Assembly (NCBI GenBank): GCA_963720825.1
Contig: CAVRGY010000009.1
Span: forward strand, 155,665 to 219,664
Direction: 5' to 3'
Origin: an uncultured Chloroflexia bacterium
GTDB taxonomy: Bacteria > Chloroflexota > Limnocylindria > Limnocylindrales > CSP1-4
DNA: 64,000 nt
Position numbers and translations under genes: made by a program. Positions 1 through 9,836 of this stretch are shown in pieces. How positions within the stretch are numbered: position 1 is the stretch's first letter; every line of letters starts with the position of its first letter. The notes below the pieces were generated by a model that had not been told where the DNA came from, did no database searches, and was given only the letters and a program-made list of their open reading frames with translations.

Positions 1-542
1 ACGAGACACTGGCGGTGTACGGCCTCGACCGGCGCTCGTACCACCTGCTCGGCCGGTTGCGCGGCTATGGGCCGCCGTACCAGCGCTCGCCCGGCCAGCT
101 GGCATCGGACATGCACCTGTCCAGCGGCGCGATGACCAATCGCCTCGATCGCATGGAAGCCGCGGGCCTGATCCGTCGCCTGGCGGATCCCGGCGATCGA
201 CGGGGCACGATCATCGAGCCAACCGAGCACGGTCACTCGACTTGGGATCGCACCGTCGGCACGCAGGCGCGCCGCGAGGCGATGATCGCGTCAGTCCTTG
301 ATCCCGCTGAGCGTTCGGAGCTGTTTCGACTGCTACGTCATCTCATGCGGGCATTCCCCGACGAAGCCCACAAGCTCCCCGAGGATCACGAGGCAAAAAG
401 GCCGTCGCGAGCGATACCGGCCGGTCGCCGTCCTGACCGTGGGCTCGACGGGCGCGCCCCGTCGCGTGGCCCGCGGGACCAAGCCGCTGCGACCTGCCCT
501 CAGGCGCCGGCGCCGGTCGTCCTGACCGCGTCGCGGAGATAG
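1..542 (+). CDS. MarR-family transcriptional regulator (5' end outside window)
   Basis: ORF 15..542 stays open to the left edge. The winged-HTH block 'QLASDMHLSSGAMTNRLDRMEAAGLIRRLADPGDRRGTIIEPTEHG' is typical MarR. The Arg/Pro-rich tail after about nt 370 overlaps the convergent gene, so the true stop may be earlier. Confidence 0.7.
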   Translation, partial: ETLAVYGLDRRSYHLLGRLRGYGPPYQRSPGQLASDMHLSSGAMTNRLDRMEAAGLIRRLADPGDRRGTIIEPTEHGHSTWDRTVGTQARREAMIASVLDPAERSELFRLLRHLMRAFPDEAHKLPEDHEAKRPSRAIPAGRRPDRGLDGRAPSRGPRDQAAATCPQAPAPVVLTASRR

Positions 543-1456
543 GCGAGGACCCTGGGGTCGATCCAGCCCGCGGCGGCGGTCCGCTCCTCGAGGTTCTCCA
601 CGGCCATCCATGACAGGAGCCGCTCCTGCCATGCGTCATCCCATCCATCCGCGAACGGGCGTGGCTCGCCCACGGACGGCCGCTCCTCGTCCGCCTCGCT
701 CTCGTCGGGCCACATCGGCGCATAGACGGGGGCGACCGTCGCGCCGATGCCCCATCCGAGCCGCTCGAGCCCGTCGCGGAGCTCGCTCGCGAGCAACGCG
801 TCGACGGCGATGAGCTCGATCGGCGTGGGTCGCTCAAGGTACAGGTGCGTGAGGTCCAGGAGCCGGCCGAGCTCCGCGATCGGGTCGGGATGGTCGTCCA
901 CTCGAAGGTCGATCCAGCGGTCGTTGCCCCCGCCATATCCACCACCCTCGCGCACGATCAGGAGGGCCGCGGACTGGCGGCCGCGCCGGTCACCGCCGGC
1001 GGCATCTGCCGCGGCGAGGCATGCGACCAGCAGATCCGGGAACGGACGGCCACCGGCCTCGAACGTGTCCGCGAGCCCGTCGACGACCCCGGCTCCGGCG
1101 AGGATGTTGCCCTGGGCCGCGTAGTCCGGGCCCGTCCGTCCGCCGGCCCATGCGAAGCACGACCGGCCGGTGAACGTCGCCGCCCGCCCGTTCGCGTCCA
1201 CGACGCCCGCCTGGCGCTGCCGGCGCATGTCATCGGCGTCGACGAGCGCGGCGAGCGTCTGCTCGGCGTTCGCGCCGCCTTCGAGAAGCGCCAGCCCGTC
1301 CGGTCCGAACCGGACGTTGGCATAGGACTGGGTCGCGATTGCGCCAACGCCGGCGCGGGCCCACGGGACGACCGATCCCACCGACAGGAACTTTGACTGG
1401 ACCGCGACCGCCAGGTCACCGGTCGTTTGATCACGAGCGACGATCGAGAACGTCAC
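500..1456 (-). CDS. DUF1028 (Ntn-hydrolase-like) family protein
   Basis: ORF 500..1498. The preferred start is GTG 1456, with AGGAGG (1469..1464) 7 nt upstream. This gives the N-terminus M-TFSIVARD that is characteristic of DUF1028 proteins. The gene is intact. Confidence 0.8.
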   Translation of the reverse strand: MTFSIVARDQTTGDLAVAVQSKFLSVGSVVPWARAGVGAIATQSYANVRFGPDGLALLEGGANAEQTLAALVDADDMRRQRQAGVVDANGRAATFTGRSCFAWAGGRTGPDYAAQGNILAGAGVVDGLADTFEAGGRPFPDLLVACLAAADAAGGDRRGRQSAALLIVREGGGYGGGNDRWIDLRVDDHPDPIAELGRLLDLTHLYLERPTPIELIAVDALLASELRDGLERLGWGIGATVAPVYAPMWPDESEADEERPSVGEPRPFADGWDDAWQERLLSWMAVENLEERTAAAGWIDPRVLAYLRDAVRTTGAGA

Positions 1457-1650
1457 GACCATGCCTCCTGCTTCTCGGCCGGCGGATCGCGGGGCCAACG
1501 GCCGGCGTCCACCATCAGGCCCGCGGCGGACCCATCATCCGCCGGACCGCAGAGGCGTGCATGAGATGGCGACCGCCATTCGATCGGCAGCGCCGCAGCG
1601 AGGCCTGCCGCCGGAATCCCGGTAGGCTCGTGCCCCACCAGCAAGGAGCC

Positions 1651-1926
1651 ATGCGGTTGGAAGACTTCGAATCGCTCATGCGGCCGGGGGTCGTGACCGT
1701 CTACGGCGTCGACTCCTGCGATGACACCACCCGGGCACGTCGCCATCTTGACGCCGCGGGCACGCGGTACCGGTACGTGAACATGGACCAGGATCCGGCC
1801 GTCCGCGCGATCATCAGGCGCGCCGGGTATCTCGCCACACCGGTGGTCCTGACGCCCGCCGGAGGCGCGCTGGTCGAGCCGTCGGACGCTGCGCTCGACG
1901 AGATCGCCATCTCCGTCGGCGGCTGA
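1651..1926 (+). CDS. glutaredoxin/NrdH-like small redox-fold protein (single Cys)
   Basis: ATG 1651 is preceded by AAGGAG (1643-1648). 'VTVYGVDSCDDTTRARRHLD..G..YRYVNMD..P' fits the Grx fold, but the motif is 'CDDT' rather than CxxC. The upstream part of ORF 1339..1926 is Arg/Pro-rich and was not accepted. Confidence 0.6.
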   Translation: MRLEDFESLMRPGVVTVYGVDSCDDTTRARRHLDAAGTRYRYVNMDQDPAVRAIIRRAGYLATPVVLTPAGGALVEPSDAALDEIAISVGG

Positions 1927-2004
1927 CGCCGGGCCCATCGCCGCGCCAACTGTGCGCCTTGGAGCGCGGCCGCCAGGTGCCGGAGAGCACGCAGCGGAGC
2001 TGGT

Positions 2005-2914
2005 TCACTTGCTGCAGGTAGTAGTGGTTGCTGTTGATCACCTGGTTGTACTGGCGCTGGCGCGCTGAGCGCGGTCCGAAGTTCCAGGCGCACTTGTCGC
2101 CGTTCTCGGCGCCGGAGCTGTCATACCAGCACTGGCCCTGACGGATCGGTGATCGCCTCGTTGTGCTGGTGGCTGGTGACGTTGAGCGTTGCGTCTGCGC
2201 TGTTGCCATTCGGGCGCTGGCCGGAGTCGCAGGTGTAGATCCGGTACCCCTGGGCGGCATACGGCTGGTTGGCATAGAGCAACGAGCCCGACCCCCACGA
2301 GTGATAGGCGCAGTAGTTGGTGTAGCGCAGCTCGAACCGGCGCAGCTGCCGACGCCTGCGGGGTGAAGATGAAGAACAGGTGGTCGCGTGCCGCGGTCCA
2401 GCCGTTGGCCTGCATCACCAGGCGGATCTCCGCCTGGAGCTGGGCGTCACTAAGGCAGATCTTGGTGGCCTTGTCGTTGCAGCCGTTCGAGGGGTATGGG
2501 TTGGGGTCGGAGGTACGCCCCGAACGATGACGTGTAGGAGATGTAGCGCTGCTCGAGCCGGTCACGTCGTAGTACTGCGTGTCGCTCGCGTAGACATTGG
2601 AGGTGCCGCCGCTGTCGCCGGCAACGTCGAGGAAGTACGCACGATGGTGCTCGCGGTAGTCGCTTCCCACGTGGATGCGGCGCCCCAGAAGATGAGGTAC
2701 GTCGTGTTCACGTGCATCACGGGCCCGTTGTGATAGGTCAGGTTCTTGGTCTGGTGGGGCGCGCACCGCCGCGGGCCTGCTGCATCACGGGCACGATCCC
2801 CAGGATCCGTCCCGGTGCTTCGGCACCGTTGGATGGGGCACCGGCGGCAGCGGATGCCACGCTGGCGCTTGACAGCACGAACACGGCGATCAGGACGGAG
2901 ACGAGCCGGCGCAT
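2005..2914 (-). pseudogene. secreted conserved hypothetical protein, at least 4 frame breaks
   Basis: ATG 2914 encodes the signal peptide 'MRRLVSVLIAVFVLSSASVASAAAG', then hits TGA. Conserved blocks continue in other frames: 'NLTYHNGPVMHVNTTYLIFWG', 'YFLDVAGDSGGTSNVYASDTQYYDVTGS', 'CNDKATKICLSDAQLQAEIRLVMQANGWTAARDHLFFIFTPQ', 'YTNYCAYHSWGS..LYANQPYA', 'HQHNEAITDP', 'WYDSSGAENGDKCAWNFG'. The 3' end is uncertain. Confidence 0.6.
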
Positions 2915-3025
2915 GTGGGGATCTCCATGGCGGGGACGAACGGCGTGGCGGCAATCCTAGACGCGCGATCGTGCGAATGCAGCATCAACAGGCGTCGCGG
3001 CCGATTGGGGTGCGTGGAGGAACCA

Positions 3026-4384
3026 TCACCCCACGCCGTCGCCGGTTCCCGGCTCCCGCGCCGCAGCCAGCGCGTCCGCGTACTTCTCGAGCGCCGTCGC
3101 CGCCTTCGACAGCGGGCCCATCACCACGGGCGTGCATGCGGCGGTGCATCGCCGGGCGAACGCCGCCGCCTCGCGCAGGCGTTCCTCCATGACCACCCAT
3201 GCCGCGTCCCGATGGGGCAGGAGGTAGTCGACCTCGTAGAACAGCTCGAACACGGGCCCGGCCGTCACGCCGGGCTGGTCGAACCCGATGGGCAGCCTGG
3301 TGAGCACGTTCCCGAGCGGCCGGATCCCGGTGTACATGAGCCCGACGGCGACGTCGGCCAGGACGCCCAGCTGCTCGTCGGTCTCGTCGGTGTGGGCGAA
3401 GTAGCGCGACAGGACCTGGAGCAGGACCTCGTTGACGACGTTGAGCAGGTCCATCGCCCGCGCGGTTCCCGGGTCCGAGATCGTGGGCATCGCCGGGCCG
3501 ACCGCGGTCGGACGGACGCGGGCCGCGACGACGGGACGGGCGGGCTCGAAGCCGGGGTCTTCCGCGCGCAGCTGGGTCAGCTCCTCGAGGATCCCCAGCA
3601 GGCGTCCGAAGTGCGCGTCACGCCATTCGCCGCGCGCCCCCTCGCCCTGCTCCACGATCGTGTCGATCGCCCGGCGCGCGGACGCGAGATCCACGACCGC
3701 GACCAGCTCCGGCCACCGGAAGTGCTCCTCGGTGGCCTGCGCGTTGGGCTGGCCGACGAACAGCCGCGACGCCCCGAGCCGCTCGGTGAGGTGCTCGAGC
3801 CCGGTCTCGACCGACCGGTACAGCTGTCCGATCGTCTCGAAGTCCTGGAGCTGCGGCGCGATCTCGTCCGTCTCGTCGCGCGGGAGCGGGGTGGCCTGTT
3901 CCAGCGCGACGAAGCCCTCCGCGTCGTCGAACGCCATGCCCATCGGGCGCTCGAGATAGGCGAAATGACGCAGAGCCGGCTCACCGAACGGGTGCAGGCC
4001 GACCTGGACGCCAGCCGGGTAGAGGTGCTGGGGAACGGGGAAGTTGGGCCTCGCCAGGCGGGGTGCACCGCCGACCGCCGTGAGCAGGTTCTGGACGAGG
4101 GCGAGGTGGAGCATCTCCTGCTCGGCGATCCCGCTCAGGGTGCGTCGCCAGCGCTGGGTCGCGGCCGCCTGGGCCGGGGACAGGCCGTCGGCCTCGCCCT
4201 GCCTGAGGGAGAAGGCGGCGTACAGGTACTGGAGCATGATCAGGTGCTCCAGCTCGGCCGCCTTGCCCAGCGTGTAGATCAGCGCCTCGCGATGCTCGAG
4301 CCGGATCTGGCTTCCGGCCGGGACACCGCCACGGACCTCGATCACATGGGCGAGGGGGCCCCGCGGGCCCCCGTCGTCAGACAC
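3026..4384 (-). CDS. ferritin-like domain protein (di-iron four-helix-bundle type), function unknown
   Basis: Intact 452-aa ORF with a GTG start at 4384. 'LGKAAELEHLIMLQYLYAAFSL' and 'IAEQEMLHLALVQNLLTAVGG' are the paired E..H helices typical of ferritin-like domain proteins. Confidence 0.7.
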   Translation of the reverse strand: MSDDGGPRGPLAHVIEVRGGVPAGSQIRLEHREALIYTLGKAAELEHLIMLQYLYAAFSLRQGEADGLSPAQAAATQRWRRTLSGIAEQEMLHLALVQNLLTAVGGAPRLARPNFPVPQHLYPAGVQVGLHPFGEPALRHFAYLERPMGMAFDDAEGFVALEQATPLPRDETDEIAPQLQDFETIGQLYRSVETGLEHLTERLGASRLFVGQPNAQATEEHFRWPELVAVVDLASARRAIDTIVEQGEGARGEWRDAHFGRLLGILEELTQLRAEDPGFEPARPVVAARVRPTAVGPAMPTISDPGTARAMDLLNVVNEVLLQVLSRYFAHTDETDEQLGVLADVAVGLMYTGIRPLGNVLTRLPIGFDQPGVTAGPVFELFYEVDYLLPHRDAAWVVMEERLREAAAFARRCTAACTPVVMGPLSKAATALEKYADALAAAREPGTGDGVG

Positions 4385-4601
4385 CCGTCTGGCGGAGTGC
4401 AGCGATCAGCTTCTGCGCCTGCTCACGATCCTTCGCGTTCGGATGCTGGTGGTCCGCCATGATCCCGCAGTACACGTCGTGGATCGCCTGGGTCATCGTG
4501 TCCTCGTCGGCGAGCGCGACGCCCCGCTGCTGGAGCTCGCTCATCGCCGCGTCCGGGCCGTCGCGGTGCATCGCATGGTCGAGGGCTTCGCGCATCGTCA
4601 T
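4377..4601 (-). CDS. small hypothetical protein (74 aa), translationally coupled to the ferritin-like gene
   Basis: Its stop TGA (4379..4377) lies inside the downstream GTG start region (8-nt overlap 'GTGTCTGA'). Composition is non-shadow (His/Asp/Gln-rich). I recognise no family. Confidence 0.45.
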   Translation of the reverse strand: MTMREALDHAMHRDGPDAAMSELQQRGVALADEDTMTQAIHDVYCGIMADHQHPNAKDREQAQKLIAALRQTGV

Positions 4602-4647
4602 CTGGGGACACCTCCTGCGCGGAATCTAGCCGCCGGCGGCCGGTCCG

Positions 4648-5532
4648 TCACCTGTCGCCTGTCGCGATCAGGTCGTCGAACACCATCCCGATCGAATCCG
4701 CCTGCAGCGACAGGTGGCCGTGCGCCCCGAGCAGCTCGGCATGCACGCCTGGGATCCGCCCGGCCAGCCACCGGCCATGGGCATACGGCACCATCCGATC
4801 CTGCTCGCCCTGCCAGACCGTGACCGGGACCCGGATCGATGCGAGGTCGAAACCCCACGGCCGGGTGAACGCCAGGTCGTCGTCGTGCCAGCCCCAGGTG
4901 CCGTTTCGCAGGCTCGCGCGAATGTCGGCCGCGATCGAGTCGGCCATCTCGCCCGTGAGCGCCTCCCGGTCGACATCGGGGACGAGATCGCCGAACGCCT
5001 GGGCGATCTGGGCCCCCGTCGCGTTGGCGAATGCGGGTGCCGCGGCCTCGAGGAACGCGGCCAGCTCGGCCGGTCCCGCGACGGCCGCGCCGAACTCCTC
5101 GACGTTCTCCGCCCCCATCCCGGCCAGGAAGTCGAGCCCGTCGGCCTCGTAGGGAGCGACGCTCCCGATCGTCGCCGCCGCGTCCACCCGGTCGGGCAAC
5201 AGGGCCGCGGTCGCCAGCGCGTGCGGACCGCCGCCGGAGATCCCCAGGGTCAGCACGCGTGCCGCGCCGAGCGCGTCGAGGACCGCCGTCACGTCGGCGG
5301 CGACATCGGCGATCGTCCGCCCCGCGTTGCGGGTGGATTCGCCGTAGCCCGGGCGCACGACGCACACGTGCCGCAGATTGCGCTCCGCGGCGGCCGCAAC
5401 CCAGGAAGGTGAGGGGAGCCCCGCTCCGGGCGTCCCGTGGTGGAACAGCAGAATCCGACCGTCTTCGGGTCCCGCGATCCGGACCTCGAGCTGCCGGCCG
5501 TCGGGCGTCGGTACCAGGCGTTGCTCGGTCAT
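4648..5532 (-). CDS. alpha/beta-fold hydrolase
   Basis: Start at ATG 5532 ('MTEQRLVPTPDGRQLEV'). It has the oxyanion 'LLFHHGTPG', the nucleophile elbow 'LGISGGG' and a C-terminal 'GAHGHL'. The upstream part of ORF 4648..5859 is Arg/Pro shadow. Confidence 0.8.
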   Translation of the reverse strand: MTEQRLVPTPDGRQLEVRIAGPEDGRILLFHHGTPGAGLPSPSWVAAAAERNLRHVCVVRPGYGESTRNAGRTIADVAADVTAVLDALGAARVLTLGISGGGPHALATAALLPDRVDAAATIGSVAPYEADGLDFLAGMGAENVEEFGAAVAGPAELAAFLEAAAPAFANATGAQIAQAFGDLVPDVDREALTGEMADSIAADIRASLRNGTWGWHDDDLAFTRPWGFDLASIRVPVTVWQGEQDRMVPYAHGRWLAGRIPGVHAELLGAHGHLSLQADSIGMVFDDLIATGDR

Positions 5533-5605
5533 CGCGGAAGCATGCGCCATCCGTGGCGTCGGTGCCCCCGGGAGCGGGTCCGACCCTGCGCGGCGATCGC
5601 CCGGA

Positions 5606-6472
5606 TCAGCCCAGGCGGTACTGGTCCACGTCGGCCACCGGCTCGTAGCCGATGGCCTGGTAGACGTGGTTCGACGTCGGGTTCGCGAGGTCGGTGAACA
5701 GGAAGCAGAAGCGCCGGCCCTGGTCCAGCAACGCCTGGCTCGCGGCAGCCACCAGGGCCCCGGCGTAGCCCTGCCGCCGCGCTTCGGGCGGGGTGTAGAC
5801 GGGCCCGATCCGGATGCCGGTCGGGGTCGGCGAACCGGAGCCGGCCAGCGAGACGGCACGGCCGTCGACCTCCCACAGCCATGCCGTGCGGTCGGCCTCG
5901 CCCAGCCAGCGATCGACCATCCGATCCACGTCGCGTCGGGGCTCGTCGTCCGGGAGGGCCTCGCGGTCGAAGGCGGTGATCCAGGAGACGAGCAGTGCCC
6001 GGTCCGCCTCCCCGGCGCGACGCATGGCGCCGGGGGTGGGCCGGGGCGGGATCACGCGCGAAAGGCGGTAGATCCGCTCCTCGACGAGCAGGGTCGCGGG
6101 CTGCCCGGTGACCGCGGACCACCGCTCGACGAACGGGCGAACGACCGCCTTCGGGCCAAGCACGCCAGGCAGGTCCGGGGTCACGGTCCGGACGTCGTCG
6201 ACCAGCGCCGTCACCGCGTCCGCGACCCGGCCGGCGGGGACGCCGGGCTCCGACAGGATGAGGTGATGGGGCGGCGTGCGAACCGCGATCAGCACGACCG
6301 CGCCCTGATCCATGACGGCGGCGAGGTACGGCGGATCCGGGTAGACCTCCGGGTGATCCCGCAGGGTGCCCAGGATCCCGAGCGGCAGGTTGTGCTCGGC
6401 CTCCCGTGCCTCGAGATAGTCGCCGACGGCCGCGAGCAGCGAGGTTGCCGAGGCATGGCGGGTCAGGTCCAT
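5606..6472 (-). CDS. GNAT-family N-acetyltransferase (two-domain, 288 aa)
   Basis: The acetyl-CoA loop 'PEARRQGYAGALVAAA' is followed by 'FLFTDLANPTSNHVYQAIGYE'. The ORF is intact. Confidence 0.75.
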   Translation of the reverse strand: MDLTRHASATSLLAAVGDYLEAREAEHNLPLGILGTLRDHPEVYPDPPYLAAVMDQGAVVLIAVRTPPHHLILSEPGVPAGRVADAVTALVDDVRTVTPDLPGVLGPKAVVRPFVERWSAVTGQPATLLVEERIYRLSRVIPPRPTPGAMRRAGEADRALLVSWITAFDREALPDDEPRRDVDRMVDRWLGEADRTAWLWEVDGRAVSLAGSGSPTPTGIRIGPVYTPPEARRQGYAGALVAAASQALLDQGRRFCFLFTDLANPTSNHVYQAIGYEPVADVDQYRLG

Positions 6473-6546
6473 ATCCAGACGATACGACAGCGGCGTCCCC
6501 AGGGCAGGTCCGGCGCACGGCTTGGAGCCGACCGTAGACTGGCGCC

Positions 6547-7749
6547 ATGCCTCGCACAGTCGAGGATCGATGCTCGGCGCGCGCGCAACCCGCCTGCTTC
6601 CTGATCGCCGACATCTCCGGGTACACCGGGTATCTCGCCGACGTCGAGCTCGACCACGCGCAGGACATCCTCGCCGACCTGATCGGTGCAGTGGTCAGCG
6701 CGCTGCGACCCGACTTCCGGCTGGCCAAGCTCGAGGGTGACGCGGCGTTCACGTACATGACGGGAGCGCGGATCGACGGCTCGATGCTCCTGGACACGAT
6801 CGAGCGCTGCTACTTCGGGTTCCGGCGTCGCCGCCGTGACGTCCGCCAGGCAACCTCGTGCCCGTGCAACGCGTGCAGCCGGATCCCGGACCTCGACCTC
6901 AAGTTCGTGGTCCACCACGGCGAGACGATCATCCAGAAGGTGGCAGGTCGCCGGGAGCTGCTCGGGTCGGACGTGATCGTCGTCCACCGGCTGCTCAAGA
7001 ACGATGTTGTCGAGGCGCTGCGGATGCCCGCCTACGCCCTGATCACGCAGGCGTGCATCGACGCCGCTGACATCGAGCCGGCGGCGCTGGGCATGCGCGC
7101 TCACGCCGAGACATACGACCGGATCGGCGCCGTGCCCGGGTGGGCGCATGACCTCGGGCGACGCTGGCAGGAGGAGGAGGATCGCGCGCGCGTGTTCGTG
7201 GCGCCCGAGGATTCCATCCTCACCGTCTCGGTCCCGACGAGCGCGCCGCCGCAGGTGGCCTGGGAGTTCCTGACGAAACCGGGGCAGCGGATGCTGTGGC
7301 AGCCGTGGGTCACCGAGGTGACGATCAAGGGCGCCACCGGCGGCCGGCGCGGCGTCGGATCGGCCAACCACTGCATGCACGGGAAGGACGCCGTGATCGA
7401 GGAGATCCTCGACTGGCGGCCGTACGACTACGTCACCGACCGGACCATTCTCGACACGCCGGCCGGCCCGTTGAAGCTTCCGCACACGATCGAGTTCGAG
7501 CCGGTCACCGATGGGACGGTGATCCACATGCGGTTCGGTCCGCCGAAGGCAAAGAAGGATCGTGCGCTCGCCGCGCATGTCGGCGCGGAATACGGCGCGG
7601 CGCTCCGCTCGAGCCTGCCGAAACTGGTCGAGCTGCTCGACGCCGAGCTCGCCGCCCGCGAGACCGATCGCGGCCCAGAGCCGGAGCTTGCAGCGCCCAG
7701 GCCGGACGGACCCCTCGCGGGGATCAAGCCGCTGGTGATCGTGGACTGA
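6547..7749 (+). CDS. DUF2652 (cyclase-fold) protein with C-terminal SRPBCC-like domain
   Basis: The N-terminal 'CFLIADISGYTGYL...LAKLEGDAAF...LKFVVHHGE' matches the DUF2652 pattern. The C-terminal half 'PPQVAWEFLTKPGQRMLWQPW' looks like a START/SRPBCC domain. Confidence 0.65.
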   Translation: MPRTVEDRCSARAQPACFLIADISGYTGYLADVELDHAQDILADLIGAVVSALRPDFRLAKLEGDAAFTYMTGARIDGSMLLDTIERCYFGFRRRRRDVRQATSCPCNACSRIPDLDLKFVVHHGETIIQKVAGRRELLGSDVIVVHRLLKNDVVEALRMPAYALITQACIDAADIEPAALGMRAHAETYDRIGAVPGWAHDLGRRWQEEEDRARVFVAPEDSILTVSVPTSAPPQVAWEFLTKPGQRMLWQPWVTEVTIKGATGGRRGVGSANHCMHGKDAVIEEILDWRPYDYVTDRTILDTPAGPLKLPHTIEFEPVTDGTVIHMRFGPPKAKKDRALAAHVGAEYGAALRSSLPKLVELLDAELAARETDRGPEPELAAPRPDGPLAGIKPLVIVD

Positions 7750-7788
7750 CCCGTGCCGCCGGCTGCCGCGGCGGCGCGGGTGCCGGGT

Positions 7789-8163
7789 TCAGCCGAAGAA
7801 GTCGGTGATCGCCTTCGTGTCGTCCGAGAACGCCCAGCGCTCGGTGACCTTGCCGTCGCGGACGTGGTAGATCTCCGCCGTGCGATAGGTCAGCGAGCGG
7901 TCGCCATTCGTGGCGTGGGCGGTTCCCAGCGCGATCGCGTGATCGTCGTTGGCGACGACATCGTGGACCTCGTAGGTGATGTTGTAGCCCTCGAAGTCGG
8001 CCATCGACCCGGCAAGGTCGGCCTTGCCGCGACGGGGCTCGGCGCGCCCGATCTCGTGCCACACGACGTCATCGGCGACCCGGCTGGCAGCGCCCTCCAT
8101 GTCACCGCTGCTCATCGCCTCGTTCATCTCGCGGACGACCTTCGCGTTCAGGTGCTCGGCCAT
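7789..8163 (-). CDS. SnoaL/NTF2-like family protein
   Basis: 124 aa. 'VADDVVWHEIG' and 'TAEIYHVRDGKVTERWAFSDD' are typical of the NTF2-like fold. GGAGGA precedes the ATG. Confidence 0.7.
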   Translation of the reverse strand: MAEHLNAKVVREMNEAMSSGDMEGAASRVADDVVWHEIGRAEPRRGKADLAGSMADFEGYNITYEVHDVVANDDHAIALGTAHATNGDRSLTYRTAEIYHVRDGKVTERWAFSDDTKAITDFFG

Positions 8164-8295
8164 GCTCGTCCTCCATCGAGCCGGCGCGCGGACGACGAAT
8201 GCGCGCGATTGGACGCCGCCGGCTCGTGTGCTGACTGAAATGTACTCACCCTGGCTACCCCGGGCACTGACGGGGCCCGTCGGTGGTCCGCCCCG

Positions 8296-8725
8296 TCAGC
8301 CGTACTGGCTGAGCTCCACCAGATGGCCGTCCGGGTCGCGCGTGAAGCACCGGGTCTCGAGCCCGTTGACCACGGGCGGGGTCAGGAAGGCTGGCCCCGC
8401 GCGCCAGGAGCACCTCGTACACGGCCCGGCAGTCCGCGACGCGGATCGTCATCGCGTGGCTGACGGTGGACGGGTCCGGCGGAGGCGCGAACGTCACGTC
8501 CGGCTTGTCGGGCGTTGGCCCACCGCCGGTCACCAGCAGCAGCCAGCTGCCGCCGAGCTGGAGCACGGCCGACGTGGCACCGTACTCGCGGTACAGCGAG
8601 GCACCGAGCACCGACACCCACCACGTGCGGGCGCGCTCGACGTCGCTGACAACCAGGATGTGGGTCATCTCGACGCCGGCTTCCGGGAATCCGGGCGTCA
8701 CGGGTGGTTCGGTCGGGTTCATCAT
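8296..8725 (-). CDS. VOC/glyoxalase-family protein, one frame break near 8390
   Basis: The N-terminal frame reads 'MTHILVVSDVERARTWW...IRVADCRAVYEVLLARGA'. The conserved C-terminus 'FLTPPVVNGLETRCFTRDPDGHLVELSQYG*' is in another frame and ends at TGA 8298..8296. Confidence 0.7.
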
Positions 8726-8767
8726 GTCCTCCCTGGCGGCGGGCGCTGTGTCGTCCGGCGGCCCGGC

Positions 8768-9727
8768 TCACTCCAGCAGGTAGCCGGGGACCTGGTTGAG
8801 GAGCGGCTCCCCTGCGGCGAACCGGCGCACCTGGTCGCCCGCAAGCTCGAAGGTGCGGACCGTCGCCTGCGGCGAGTCGCCCGCGATGTGCGGGCTGACC
8901 AGCACGTTGGGCAGCGCCCACAACGGGTGGCCCTCGGGCAGCGGCTCCGGGTCGGTGACGTCGAGGGCGGCGCGCAGCCGGCCCATCTCCAGCTCCCGCA
9001 CCAGCGCGTTGGTGTCCAGCGTGCGACCCCGGCCGCCGTTGACGACCATCGCGCCATCGGGCAGCAGCGCCAGCCGGCGGGCGTCGAGCAGGCCGTCCGT
9101 CTCGTTCGTCAGCGGCAGCATGTTGACCAGGATCCCGGCACCGGGGAGGACGGAGTCGAGATCCGCCATGCCGTGGACTCCTTCGCGCGCGGTCCTCGCG
9201 ACACCCACGATCTCGACACCGAACGGGCGCAGGCGTTCGGCGATTGCGGACCCGATCGAACCCATGCCCAGGATGACCACCCTGGTCCCGGCCAGCTCGT
9301 CCGGCTCGTACGAGGTCCACTCGCCGCGCGCCTGCGCGTCCCGCGCCCGGACGAGCCCGCGCTGCATGGCCAGGATCGCGCCCACCGCCCACTCGGCCAG
9401 CGGCACGTCGTAGACGCCGCGCGCGTTGCACACCGTGACCTGCGGGGGCACCTGGCCACGGAGCCAGTTGACGCCTGCGCTCAGCGTCTGGATCACGCGC
9501 AGCCGTCCCGGCGGCCCGTCGAGCAGGGCGAGCAGCGTCTCGCGGATCCGATGGTAGGGAATGACGAGATCCACGCCCGCGAGATCCGGGATGGCCTCCG
9601 GCTCCTGCGGGACGAGGACCACCTCCACGTTGTCCGGCAGCGTGCCCATGTGTGCTCGCTCCGGGACATCGGGAAGGCAGACGGTGACGGTCGCGCGATG
9701 GCTGGCGGATTGGTCAGGCATCCCCAC
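8768..9727 (-). CDS. D-isomer-specific 2-hydroxyacid dehydrogenase family protein
   Basis: It has the NAD-binding motif 'VVILGMGSIGSAIAERL' and the catalytic region 'VVNGGRG...DVTDPEPLP..HPLW...VLVSPHIAG'. The start could instead be an internal Met. Confidence 0.8.
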   Translation of the reverse strand: MGMPDQSASHRATVTVCLPDVPERAHMGTLPDNVEVVLVPQEPEAIPDLAGVDLVIPYHRIRETLLALLDGPPGRLRVIQTLSAGVNWLRGQVPPQVTVCNARGVYDVPLAEWAVGAILAMQRGLVRARDAQARGEWTSYEPDELAGTRVVILGMGSIGSAIAERLRPFGVEIVGVARTAREGVHGMADLDSVLPGAGILVNMLPLTNETDGLLDARRLALLPDGAMVVNGGRGRTLDTNALVRELEMGRLRAALDVTDPEPLPEGHPLWALPNVLVSPHIAGDSPQATVRTFELAGDQVRRFAAGEPLLNQVPGYLLE

Positions 9728-9836
9728 ATGGTGCGCGATCGAGCCGGCGACGTCTCAGCATGGACGACGTGAGGCAGGGCATGTCGCGCGCGATGGCACT
9801 CGAGCGGGGAACGACCCGGGGTTAGGATCACATCCC

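Noticed and set aside
1339-1650. The long N-terminal extension of the glutaredoxin-like ORF (start 1339).
   Set aside because: The extension is Arg/Pro-rich with no homology signal. A good AAGGAG RBS precedes the internal ATG at 1651, which gives a normal-length Grx-fold protein.
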